A stretch of DNA of 32,000 nucleotides from Promethearchaeum syntrophicum. Its GTDB lineage: Archaea; Asgardarchaeota; Lokiarchaeia; Sigyniarchaeales; Promethearchaeaceae. This document shows, in pieces, positions 15,800 through 24,298 of the stretch. The notes beneath the pieces are model-generated. The model was not told the DNA's origin. It worked only from the letters and a program-made list of their open reading frames with translations, and made no database searches. A program made the translations under genes and the position numbers. Where the stretch lies: contig NZ_CP042905.2 of assembly GCF_008000775.2 (NCBI RefSeq), positions 210,001 to 242,000 of the forward strand. The letters are read 5' to 3'. Each line of letters starts with the position of its first letter. The stretch's first letter is position 1.

Positions 15800-17245
15800 T
15801 TGGGGGAAAAATATTTGTCCATAAAAAATGATCAAGATATAGAAATTGAAAAAATATTTGAAGGTGAATTAAAGAAATCTTTCTTTGAACGGGCCATATC
15901 TTCATTTTTGAAGAAACAATTTATTTCTGGATTGAAAATTCTTACAAGTCGGCCATATATATTCTTCTTTATTTATTCTGTCATAATTATTTTTGCCTCT
16001 ATAACTTTTGGAATTCTGTATGCTTTAAAGGTGCCATATCCTCTGGTTTTTTTTGAGAAAACATTATTAGTTGCATTATGCTCTGGATTGTCTTTAGTAA
16101 TTGGAGGTTTTCTTGGAGGACTGTCAAATTATCATTATTTCACAAATGTTCTTACAATACTATTATTTGTTTGTTCTTACATTATCGCTGTTTTCTTTGA
16201 TATTTCATTAGATTTTTTCCAATGGATAAAACTACTGTTCTTAATAGCATATGTGCTAATAGGTTCAATGACAATGTTTTTTATAATTGTTTCCTTTCAC
16301 ACATCCCTCTCTTATAGAATAATAACCTTAGGAAATTCTCCAAATCGTATGTTTTTTCAAGAACTCATCCGTTTTGGTGTTTGGATAACAATCCCTATGT
16401 ATATTTACATGTTTTTCCAAAGAAGTTTAGATTCCCAAATTTTATCAATTCTCGGAATAATCATTAATATTCTTTTACTCGTTCAAATGTATGGTGTTCC
16501 AAAAACAAAGAAAGGAGATCGGTTCGAAAATAAAGAAAATAATAAGGTGAAGATTAATTTCAAGCAAATTTTAGGATTTTATAATTTATATCTTATTTTT
16601 CATGCATCTCAATCATTCAATACAGGTGGTAAAATTACAAATTTAATATTAGAAATCTTAATTTTGGCACTTAATGCATTTTATATTATAAATAATTACT
16701 GTAAAAAAATTGAAAATATTGATGATTATGATGAAACAATGAAAAGATTATTTAGATTTCAAAGACCAAGCTCAAATTTAATGAAATTCAAAAAAAGAAT
16801 TGGTGATAAAGGAATGGTATTTATGGCGTTAGGTGTTGTGGTTGGTTATATTACAGTTTTAATGAATTCTTATCTAAATACACCAATGGTTTTACTTGGA
16901 AGTCTTGGAGCTGAAGATGTTCCCCTAAATGTTATTTATCACAGGATGTTTCTATACTTTGCCTTAATTTTGATTGTTCTGATGACTGTACTATTTAAAA
17001 AATCAACAATTTTCAGACTTAAATTAGTAAATAGATATTCCATAAGACATGCAATGAATATGTTTGCAGATATATTTCGAGTGTCTGAAGATGGGCATAC
17101 TGGAATAATATATGATGCTGTTGAAGTTAGTAAACAAAAAATTGAAGAACAAATAAATAAAGTTGGAAAAAAATTTAAGAATGGATGGAATAAATTCTTC
17201 TCTTTAGGTGGTACTGAAGAATCTGATGAAAACGCGAATGATTAA
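15800..17245 (+). CDS. Polytopic integral membrane protein, unknown function
   Basis: There are about ten hydrophobic helices (e.g. IFFFIYSVIIIFASITFGILYAL, LLFLIAYVLIGSMTMFFIIVSF). The N- and C-terminal tails are hydrophilic and the C-terminus is acidic. I recognise no family motif. The start is uncertain: TTG 15800 or TTG 15815, the latter preceded by GGGGG. Confidence 0.6.
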   Translation: MGEKYLSIKNDQDIEIEKIFEGELKKSFFERAISSFLKKQFISGLKILTSRPYIFFFIYSVIIIFASITFGILYALKVPYPLVFFEKTLLVALCSGLSLVIGGFLGGLSNYHYFTNVLTILLFVCSYIIAVFFDISLDFFQWIKLLFLIAYVLIGSMTMFFIIVSFHTSLSYRIITLGNSPNRMFFQELIRFGVWITIPMYIYMFFQRSLDSQILSILGIIINILLLVQMYGVPKTKKGDRFENKENNKVKINFKQILGFYNLYLIFHASQSFNTGGKITNLILEILILALNAFYIINNYCKKIENIDDYDETMKRLFRFQRPSSNLMKFKKRIGDKGMVFMALGVVVGYITVLMNSYLNTPMVLLGSLGAEDVPLNVIYHRMFLYFALILIVLMTVLFKKSTIFRLKLVNRYSIRHAMNMFADIFRVSEDGHTGIIYDAVEVSKQKIEEQINKVGKKFKNGWNKFFSLGGTEESDENAND

Positions 17246-17257
17246 AAAGGTAATATT

Positions 17258-17848
17258 ATGGAATCAAAATTATACTTACTATCTGGAACACCTGGAACTG
17301 GTAAAACAACTGTTGCAAAGAAGCTAAAGGATAATAATTTTTCTATCATATCTTTAGGCGATTTTGTCATTCAAAATAATCTATTTTGTGAAGAAGATAA
17401 AAAAAGGGACACAAAAATAATTGATGAAGAGAAAATTAACAGTTTTTTTTCCAAATACTTGAGTAATAACAAATTTTCAATTCCCATTATAATTGAGTCA
17501 CATTATGCAGATATCATTGACCTTCCTTGTGAGATAGCCATTATTCTTAGATGTCATCCTCAAATATTAGAAAAGCGATTACAATCTCGAAATTATTCTC
17601 CTGAAAAAATACGAGAAAATATACAAGCGGAATTACTAGGTGATTCAACTTCTCATATGCTGGAGAGAGAAGATCTTATTGAAAAAGGGTCAATTTTTGA
17701 AATTAATTCTTCAAATCTAACTATTGAAGAAACTGCAAATAAAATAGCAGAAATTATCCAAAAACCAGAAAATTTTCAAGATTTAAAAGCGGGATGGCTT
17801 TCTTGGCTTTCTGATCCAACAGTTCAAATGGAAAATTATTTGGATTGA
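17258..17848 (+). CDS. Fap7/AK6-type P-loop kinase (putative adenylate kinase / NTPase)
   Basis: The Walker A YLLSGTPGTGKTTVAKKL lies at the N-terminus. IIIESHYADI and ILRCHPQILEKRLQSRNYSPEKIRENIQAELLG match the archaeal/eukaryotic Fap7-AK6 pattern (..RL..RgY...Ki.eN..aE). Confidence 0.75.
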   Translation: MESKLYLLSGTPGTGKTTVAKKLKDNNFSIISLGDFVIQNNLFCEEDKKRDTKIIDEEKINSFFSKYLSNNKFSIPIIIESHYADIIDLPCEIAIILRCHPQILEKRLQSRNYSPEKIRENIQAELLGDSTSHMLEREDLIEKGSIFEINSSNLTIEETANKIAEIIQKPENFQDLKAGWLSWLSDPTVQMENYLD

Positions 17849-17881
17849 AGAATTAATAAAAAATGTTTCATTATTTTTAAC

Positions 17882-18406
17882 ATGGCAATTTATTCATATG
17901 GAAAACGAGTCCCAAAAATTGATCCCACGGCTTGGATTTTTCCTTCTGCAGATGTGATTGGAAAGGTTTCTCTTGGTAAAAAAGTATATGTTGGAGCAGG
18001 TGCGGTTATACGCGGAGATTATGGAAAAATAATTATAAAAGATGGTTCTGCAATAGAAGAAAATGTAACAATTCATGCGCGTTTAGGAGGTACAACGTTA
18101 ATTGAAGAAGACGTAACTGTTGGACATGCAGCAATGCTACATAATTGTACAATTAGAAGAGACGCAGTAATAGGTATGAATTCCGTGGTTACTGATGATG
18201 TAGAAATTGGAGAATGTGTTATTGTAGCAGAAGGTGCAGTTGTTAAAAAAGGTTCGATTATCCCTCCAAATTCAATAGTCGCGGGAGTCCCTGCTAAAAT
18301 AATAGGTCAAGTTCCCGAAAAAAATAAAAAATATTGGAAAGTTGTAAAAGAACTTTACCAACAGCTCTGCTCAGATTATAAAACCAAACTAAAAAAAATT
18401 GAATAA
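17882..18406 (+). CDS. Gamma-carbonic-anhydrase-like / PaaY-YrdA family left-handed beta-helix protein
   Basis: Hexapeptide repeats are visible throughout (VIGKVSLGKKVYVGAGAVIRGDYGKIIIKDGSAIEENVTIHA...). The size (174 aa) and N-terminal PKIDPTAWIFPSADVIG are typical of the family. Confidence 0.8.
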   Translation: MAIYSYGKRVPKIDPTAWIFPSADVIGKVSLGKKVYVGAGAVIRGDYGKIIIKDGSAIEENVTIHARLGGTTLIEEDVTVGHAAMLHNCTIRRDAVIGMNSVVTDDVEIGECVIVAEGAVVKKGSIIPPNSIVAGVPAKIIGQVPEKNKKYWKVVKELYQQLCSDYKTKLKKIE

Positions 18407-18490
18407 GATTCTTTTGGGATTTATATGGTAGAATTTTAAGGTCCATATTTTTATTAATTATTTGTAGAGATTTCTTAGTGAAAATTAATT

Positions 18491-19645
18491 ATGAGCAATA
18501 AAATACCCTATGTAAATATTTTACAGTCTGCAATTTGTATTCCAGTTAGTGATGAAGTCCCAATTGCTTTGGACATAAAAATTTTACCAGATAAAAATAT
18601 ACCGGCAGAATCTTTCTTTGGAGTGTGGTTATTGGATGTTTCCGGATCCATGGGAGGAGACCGTTTAGAGAATGCAAAAGAATCATTGATAGAACAAATT
18701 GGAATTTTGCCTGATGGAACTATATTCAATTTAATTACTTTTGAAAGCAAAGTTAATGAGATTATTAAAGATGTTAAGATAACAAATAAAAGCAGACAGG
18801 AAATTATTAAAAAAATACAAGGAATCACAGAGAGAGGGACAACTTCTTTATATACAGCTTTAGAAAAGAGTCTTGAAATATTAAGGAAATATTCTCGGAC
18901 AAATGGCTCTCTTGCAATTAGGAAAATCATTTTAATTTCTGATGGGGAACCTACAGATGTACATGTTAGATCTGGTGAAGAAAACGATCCTAATTACCAA
19001 AAATATTTCATGCTGGCTAAAGAAGCTCTTGAATACAAATCTTCAATAGATACTGTTGGAGCACTTGGAGAACATAATGTATATTTAATGTATGAAATAG
19101 CAAAACTAAGTACTGGCAAATATATCTTCGCGGAAAATGAAGAAGAATTAAAAACTAAAATGATTATAGCGACTGAACAGACGGCAAGAATTGCTTTTAG
19201 TAGCCCAACACTAGCTGTAACAAGTATCACTGGTGATATTGAACTTGAAGATGCGGCTCAATATAAACCTACAGTAATTCGGATGCCTTTTGAAAAAATA
19301 AATAAAAGAGAATCGAAAGCGTATCTTAGAAGTTTTGAAGCAGGGGATACCTATCAGATTTTAGTAAAAGGAAAAATCTTCATAGATAAAAATAATATTC
19401 AAACCGAAACAAATGTGAAAGTATTGGAATTAGATTTTGATTTTGGTAAAGACGGATTAAGAGAAACAAAAGAAATATTTATTACTTTCTCCTCAGATTC
19501 ATCTAAATTTAAACTGAATCAAGATATCAACAGAAAATATGCAAATGTATTTTCACAAGCAGAAGAGATTGCAGATTGCACAATTAGAGGAGATGCTGCT
19601 GCAACACAAAAAATTCAAGGCGATGAAACAAAAAAAATTGATTAA
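18491..19645 (+). CDS. von Willebrand factor A (vWA) domain protein with intact MIDAS and a ~190-aa C-terminal domain
   Basis: The MIDAS residues are present: LLDVSGSMGG (DxSxS), GTTSLYTAL (Thr) and ILISDGEPTD (Asp). It is the first gene of the signalling cassette. Confidence 0.85.
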   Translation: MSNKIPYVNILQSAICIPVSDEVPIALDIKILPDKNIPAESFFGVWLLDVSGSMGGDRLENAKESLIEQIGILPDGTIFNLITFESKVNEIIKDVKITNKSRQEIIKKIQGITERGTTSLYTALEKSLEILRKYSRTNGSLAIRKIILISDGEPTDVHVRSGEENDPNYQKYFMLAKEALEYKSSIDTVGALGEHNVYLMYEIAKLSTGKYIFAENEEELKTKMIIATEQTARIAFSSPTLAVTSITGDIELEDAAQYKPTVIRMPFEKINKRESKAYLRSFEAGDTYQILVKGKIFIDKNNIQTETNVKVLELDFDFGKDGLRETKEIFITFSSDSSKFKLNQDINRKYANVFSQAEEIADCTIRGDAAATQKIQGDETKKID

Positions 19646-19717
19646 TAATATTTTTCAATGTATTACCCAAAATTTTTTAAGACGGAAAATTCACCATTTT
19701 AAACGAAAGTGAAAATT

Positions 19718-20467
19718 ATGACTGAATATCATTGCCCAAATTGTGGGTATAAAATTGGATTTGGGGAATCTATCTGCCCAAATTGTAAATCGGATGTTAC
19801 GAATGTATGGGAAGTTGCCCCTAAAAAAGAGGGCCCAAAAATTGCACCTGGAATGGGAGGATTGGAAAGTACTCCTTTTCCACCAGCTAGTAGTGATTCA
19901 CCTTTTCCTCCAGCGGAAAAAAAAGATAGCCCATTTCCACCTCCTGAAAACAAGGATTCTCCGTTTCCGCCTCCAGCCTCAAATATTGCTACACCTTTTC
20001 CACCTTCATCAGAATCTAGTCCTTTTCCCACCAGTCAAGAACCTTCTCCGTTCTCATCACCTTCTGGAGAAAGTAAGCCTTTTCCACCAATTTCAGGCAC
20101 ATCAAGTTCCCAAACAGAAGGATTGCATTTAGAAATCCCAAAAACTGGAGGAATTATTTTTATACCTGAAGGTGAATTGAGAATTGGACGTGATGAAATC
20201 CAAGGTGCAGCAAAAATTGCTTTACCTGATTTAAATGCCTACAAAAATATTTCGAGAAAAAGAGATAACAGTGAGCATTTTATAATTAGAAATCACAATG
20301 GAAATGTAAAGATTGAAGATCGCGGAAGTACAAATGGAACATATATAGGGTCAGAAAAAATTACGGGAACTGGTCCAAGAGATTTAAAAGATGGCGATAG
20401 TTTTATTTTACCAGTAGAAGAATTCGGTAAAATGGTTCAACTTGATCTCATATTCAGAGTTAAATAG
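19718..20467 (+). CDS. Zinc-ribbon + Pro-rich [ST]PFPP-repeat linker + canonical FHA domain protein
   Basis: The N-terminal zinc ribbon is CPNCGYKIGFGESICPNCK. Eight PF-containing repeats follow. The C-terminal FHA has LRIGRDE (GR), ISRKRDNSEHFII (S-R...H), DRGSTNGTYIG (NG) and LKDGDSFILP. The start is ATG 19718 or GTG 19709. Confidence 0.85.
   Translation: MTEYHCPNCGYKIGFGESICPNCKSDVTNVWEVAPKKEGPKIAPGMGGLESTPFPPASSDSPFPPAEKKDSPFPPPENKDSPFPPPASNIATPFPPSSESSPFPTSQEPSPFSSPSGESKPFPPISGTSSSQTEGLHLEIPKTGGIIFIPEGELRIGRDEIQGAAKIALPDLNAYKNISRKRDNSEHFIIRNHNGNVKIEDRGSTNGTYIGSEKITGTGPRDLKDGDSFILPVEEFGKMVQLDLIFRVK
19868..20092 (+). repeat. Degenerate tandem coding repeat ([ST]PFPP, 9-11 codon period, eight units)
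   Basis: The units are STPFPP, DSPFPP, DSPFPPP, DSPFPPP, ATPFPP, SSPFPT, PSPFSS and SKPFPP. The locally higher G+C creates shadow ORFs in two other frames. Confidence 0.8.
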
Positions 20468-20472
20468 AGAGA

Positions 20473-20490
20473 TTTTTTATTTTTTTTTTT
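20473..20490 (+). terminator. Long oligo-T tract (T6-A-T11) between cassette genes 2 and 3
   Basis: ttttttattttttttttt lies directly after the FHA gene stop. It is an archaeal-type termination or attenuation candidate. It could alternatively be part of a promoter for the next gene. Confidence 0.3.
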
Positions 20491-20510
20491 ATTAATTGGA
20501 ATAAATAAAA

Positions 20511-21815
20511 TTGGGGGCAAATAAAATAAGCGATTCGAATGTACCGTTCAAAATTAGGTGTTCATTTTGTGGAGATTTAAATGAATTTTTGAAAGATGAC
20601 TTATATGATGTAATAAATGGAAAAGAGCAGTTTCGAAAAAAATTTTGTTTAGAATGTGGTGAACCACTCGTATTAAACTGCCCTAATTGCAATCATAAAT
20701 TTCTATTGGGAATAAATTTCGAAAATAATCATTTTTTCAAAGTTCTTAATTCATTTTGGGATCCTACACCTTCTCTTCTAGATATTTTAATCCCAAATTC
20801 TCAAGAAACTTTGAAAATTTATAAAAATCTTGCTAATACATTAACTTCAGATTATTTTCGATTAAACCGAAAAGAATTCTTATCCAAAATGCCTGAAATA
20901 AAAGAAAAATTGGAAAATGTGAAGAAAATTTTAGAAAAATTTCAACCTTTTTTAAAAACTCAAGATTTAGATAAGAATTATAAAAGAGTGAATAAAGAAA
21001 TTTTATCAATTCTAAATGATATAACAAATATTTTAAATGATATTGAAGAAGGTAAAGGAAACGATATTCCTTTTTGGATAAATGAAAAAAGAGAGAAAAA
21101 ACTATTGAAACAAGTTCCTTTTCTGGATTTTTATAATATTATGGAAAATTTTATAGATTTAATTAAGCAAATTCGAGAAAATGAAATAAAATTAGAGCAG
21201 GAATCTTTAAAACCGGGTTTTAACAAAATTGAAAAATATGTAAAACAAGATCCTGAGTTTTATCGCGCAATTTGTCCTGTCTGCAATACAACAATATATC
21301 ATATTACTCATCAAGTATATATTCAAAATAAAATTGATAATAAATTGAAATTTATTGAAGAAATCTTTAAAGTTAATGAAGAAGAAGCAGAGAATTCAGA
21401 TACTCGAACGATACGATTTGATGTAAATGTAAATATCGAAAAATCTATAAAATTTTCTTTTCATGGTCAGCTAATTTTATTACTACATGAAAATACTCCA
21501 TATAAAATTGGAAGAGATCTGTTGAGGGATATTGATTATGAAGAAAAAGCTAGTCAAGAAATATTATTTGATGAGGATGACCCATTAGCTCGTGTTTCAA
21601 ATAGTCAGTTTACTTTAACTAAAAAAGGAAATAATATTATACTTGAAGGAATGAAATACGATGAAGGTCGCGTTGGGACATTTCTAAATACGCTAAATGA
21701 TGATATTAGGATAAAAGATCCTAACGGTATAGAAATTCAACCAGGATCAACAATTTTTATCCCATTAGTAAAAGAGAATAATAATTCTAATCAAATTAAA
21801 TTAATTTTATTGTAA
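20511..21815 (+). CDS. Multi-zinc-ribbon, coiled-coil protein with degenerate FHA-like C-terminus
   Basis: It carries CSFCGD...CLECGEPLVLNCPNCNH (three CxxC pairs), a Lys/Glu-rich central region, CPVCNTTIYH, and the C-terminal YKIGRDLL...ARVSNSQFTLTKKGNNIILEG. The start is TTG; there is no in-frame ATG before the first zinc ribbon. Confidence 0.7.
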   Translation: MGANKISDSNVPFKIRCSFCGDLNEFLKDDLYDVINGKEQFRKKFCLECGEPLVLNCPNCNHKFLLGINFENNHFFKVLNSFWDPTPSLLDILIPNSQETLKIYKNLANTLTSDYFRLNRKEFLSKMPEIKEKLENVKKILEKFQPFLKTQDLDKNYKRVNKEILSILNDITNILNDIEEGKGNDIPFWINEKREKKLLKQVPFLDFYNIMENFIDLIKQIRENEIKLEQESLKPGFNKIEKYVKQDPEFYRAICPVCNTTIYHITHQVYIQNKIDNKLKFIEEIFKVNEEEAENSDTRTIRFDVNVNIEKSIKFSFHGQLILLLHENTPYKIGRDLLRDIDYEEKASQEILFDEDDPLARVSNSQFTLTKKGNNIILEGMKYDEGRVGTFLNTLNDDIRIKDPNGIEIQPGSTIFIPLVKENNNSNQIKLILL

Positions 21816-21846
21816 ATTTTATAAATTATAAAGAAGAGGACTTTAA

Positions 21847-23388
21847 ATGACTGAAGAAAGCAAAACATTATATTTCTGTTCAGAATGCATGCATATTTAT
21901 TATAAAATACCCTCTAATAATCAATGTGCAATATGCCATAATGAAATGAATGTAGAAGATAGAATATTACCTTCCTCTTTGGATATCTTTACTTGTGAAA
22001 CTTGCCATACTCTTTACTCAACTCAGAATTTTGAGGATTTAATTCCAACAAACATAGAAAATAAAAATTTTTTGTGTGCGTGTAAGCATCATTGTCCTAC
22101 AAATGCATTATTACAAATTGGGAAAGAAGAAGCATATATAGGAAATATTGTAATTGCAGATATCTTTAATTGTTCTAATTGCGGAGCGATTTCTTATCGT
22201 AATCCAGATAATCAACAACGTAGTTGTGCTGAATGCGGTTCTCGATTTGTAATACCTTTAAATTGGGATCCAAAAACTCAAAAAACATTTTTTAGTTGTG
22301 CAAATAAACAAACTCATGGGATTCGTCTTAAAATAAGGGATCTTATCCTAAATAATAATAAAATAATATCTGAAGAAATAAAAAATATAAAAGTAAAAGA
22401 AAAACAATTGCAAAATCAGTATGAACAGCGAAGAGCGCGGATTATTACGAATTTTGGTAAAAAAAAAAAAAAACTTGAAAAAGAAATTAATTCTTTAAAC
22501 TTATGGGCAATCGAACAGCGTAGAGAAATGTATAATTACTTACGCCCAATTGGTCTACGTTGTACTGTATTTAAAATGGAAAAAGAAGAAAATAAAATAT
22601 TATATAAGAAAACGAATGATGGATGTGGAGCTTTAGCTCATTTAAAAATTAGAAAAATAATTCTTGCACCTGATGGTACAGTAATTGATAGAGCACCCCC
22701 TAAACCTGATGAACCAATTATAGAAGAAACTGAAACACCTAAAATAATGCATGTTGATCAACTAACCTTAGCACTGAAAAACACACCAATGGAACCACTC
22801 TCTAATAATTTATCTCAAACAAATTTATATGAGAAGCAAGATATTTTTAAAAAGATTACTAGTACTGACGATAAAGAAAATCAATTATTTAATTCATTAC
22901 CAATCTTAAAAGATGAGCAAATTTATATTAAAATTGGGCTCTATTCTTTAAAATATCTTTCAGATAAAGTAAAAAGGATTAATAGTGGAGTAATTCCAAT
23001 AAAAATAAAAAAAGATATTAATGAATTTAAAATCGGAAGAGAACAAATTATTCGTGCTTATTGGACTGATATTGAGTTGTTTAAAGAAAATCCTCTAATT
23101 TTTGATTCTCTAACTAAAGTATCTGAAAATTCAGATCAATTTCGCTTACAAAAAGATTCTGAAGGATTTTTTGTCTCTCCAGGAGAAAATCAAATAAATA
23201 AAATCTTTTATTCTTCTGATGATGAGAATTCAGATATCATTGAATTAACAACTCCCATGTCCTTAAACATGATTAAGGCTTTGTATTTTTATACATATTA
23301 CTCTTTTGATAAAGAAAATGTTGGAATGGATCATCAATTTATTTTTAAATTATCTATAGCCCTTCCAGAATCAAGTTTAACAACTTAA
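21847..23388 (+). CDS. Multi-zinc-ribbon, coiled-coil protein with degenerate FHA-like C-terminus
   Basis: It carries CSECMH...CAICH, CETCH...CACKHHC and CSNCGA...CAECGSRF, then a Lys-rich coiled-coil-like segment. The C-terminus has FKIGREQII...KVSENSDQFRLQKDSEGFFVSPG. A good RBS (gaggac) lies before the ATG. Confidence 0.7.
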   Translation: MTEESKTLYFCSECMHIYYKIPSNNQCAICHNEMNVEDRILPSSLDIFTCETCHTLYSTQNFEDLIPTNIENKNFLCACKHHCPTNALLQIGKEEAYIGNIVIADIFNCSNCGAISYRNPDNQQRSCAECGSRFVIPLNWDPKTQKTFFSCANKQTHGIRLKIRDLILNNNKIISEEIKNIKVKEKQLQNQYEQRRARIITNFGKKKKKLEKEINSLNLWAIEQRREMYNYLRPIGLRCTVFKMEKEENKILYKKTNDGCGALAHLKIRKIILAPDGTVIDRAPPKPDEPIIEETETPKIMHVDQLTLALKNTPMEPLSNNLSQTNLYEKQDIFKKITSTDDKENQLFNSLPILKDEQIYIKIGLYSLKYLSDKVKRINSGVIPIKIKKDINEFKIGREQIIRAYWTDIELFKENPLIFDSLTKVSENSDQFRLQKDSEGFFVSPGENQINKIFYSSDDENSDIIELTTPMSLNMIKALYFYTYYSFDKENVGMDHQFIFKLSIALPESSLTT

Positions 23389-23409
23389 GATTCAAACTGG
23401 TGAAAAATT

Positions 23410-24285
23410 ATGAGTGATGATGAAAACAAAAAAATAAAAATTTGTAGAAACTGCCATTCCATTTATAAAAAATTATCACAAAAATATTGCGGAAATAATT
23501 GCCAAAATGAACATCCATTCTTAATTGATGGAAAAATCAATCAAAATATTGAAACTCGCGAATTAATTTTATCAATAAATGAAAAAGGGATAATTAGATG
23601 GATATGTATGGGCTGTCATAAGGAATATTCTTCAGATAATATCAATGGAAAAGATTTTGTTTGTAGTTGTGGTTTAAAAAATCAACTTTATCCTTTCACA
23701 ATGAAAAGTTGTGCGAATCCTGGTTGTAAAAATGACGATAATACATATCATAATCTACCAATTGATGGAAAAGCTTGTGAAATTTGCGGGGAAACAAAAT
23801 TTCAATTAAATGGCAATAAATTGATTTCTAGTTTCCTATATTATGATGAAAAAAAAATAGAAACCCCAGAATCTTTCAAATTCAATATTAAACATCATGA
23901 TGAAGATAAGTCGAAAAATCTACCTTCTTTAACATTTACCATACTAAATAATAATCTTGAATATATTTTGTATGGTGAAAATAAATCAATTACTATGAAA
24001 GATATAATTAAAGACTCAATGGGATTTATTCCTGATAATATTTATGAGAAATTACTAGAAAAATATACAGATGAGAAAGAAATTTTCAATATCTCATATA
24101 ATGATGAAACTGAAGAATTTTCTTTAAAAAGTCTTTTAGAGTTTTCTGTTAGTGAACTAGATCCAAGATATCAACCGAAAAACATAGTAGGAACCTGGAT
24201 TTCAGGAAGTGAAAATGTTATTCCAGAAAATATTTTATTTGAATTGAATACAGATTTTTTTAAAATTCACATATGGGCATATTAA
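23410..24285 (+). CDS. Multi-zinc-ribbon protein (no recognisable FHA)
   Basis: It carries CRNCHS...CGNNCQNEH, CMGCHK...CSCGLKN and CANPGCKN...CEICGETKF. The C-terminal half is acidic and lacks a GR motif. A ggtga RBS lies before the ATG. Confidence 0.65.
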   Translation: MSDDENKKIKICRNCHSIYKKLSQKYCGNNCQNEHPFLIDGKINQNIETRELILSINEKGIIRWICMGCHKEYSSDNINGKDFVCSCGLKNQLYPFTMKSCANPGCKNDDNTYHNLPIDGKACEICGETKFQLNGNKLISSFLYYDEKKIETPESFKFNIKHHDEDKSKNLPSLTFTILNNNLEYILYGENKSITMKDIIKDSMGFIPDNIYEKLLEKYTDEKEIFNISYNDETEEFSLKSLLEFSVSELDPRYQPKNIVGTWISGSENVIPENILFELNTDFFKIHIWAY

Positions 24286-24298
24286 GGAGAAGATAAGA

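Noticed and set aside
18508-19230. Two minus-strand ORFs (140 aa and 78 aa) inside the vWA gene
   Set aside because: They are antisense to a CDS with an intact MIDAS, and neither has a recognisable motif.
19729-20132. 100-aa minus-strand ORF and 129-aa alternative-frame + ORF over the Pro-rich repeat region
   Set aside because: Both are by-products of the locally G+C-richer, stop-poor [ST]PFPP repeat. The annotated frame links a zinc ribbon to a canonical FHA domain.
22459-22472. A14 homopolymer inside the 21847 CDS (encodes KKKKK)
   Set aside because: It is slippage-prone in principle. However, the frame reads through cleanly, Lys-rich runs are common in this AT-rich genome (e.g. A11 at 15684-15694 on the minus-strand gene), and there is no evidence of an alternative-frame product.
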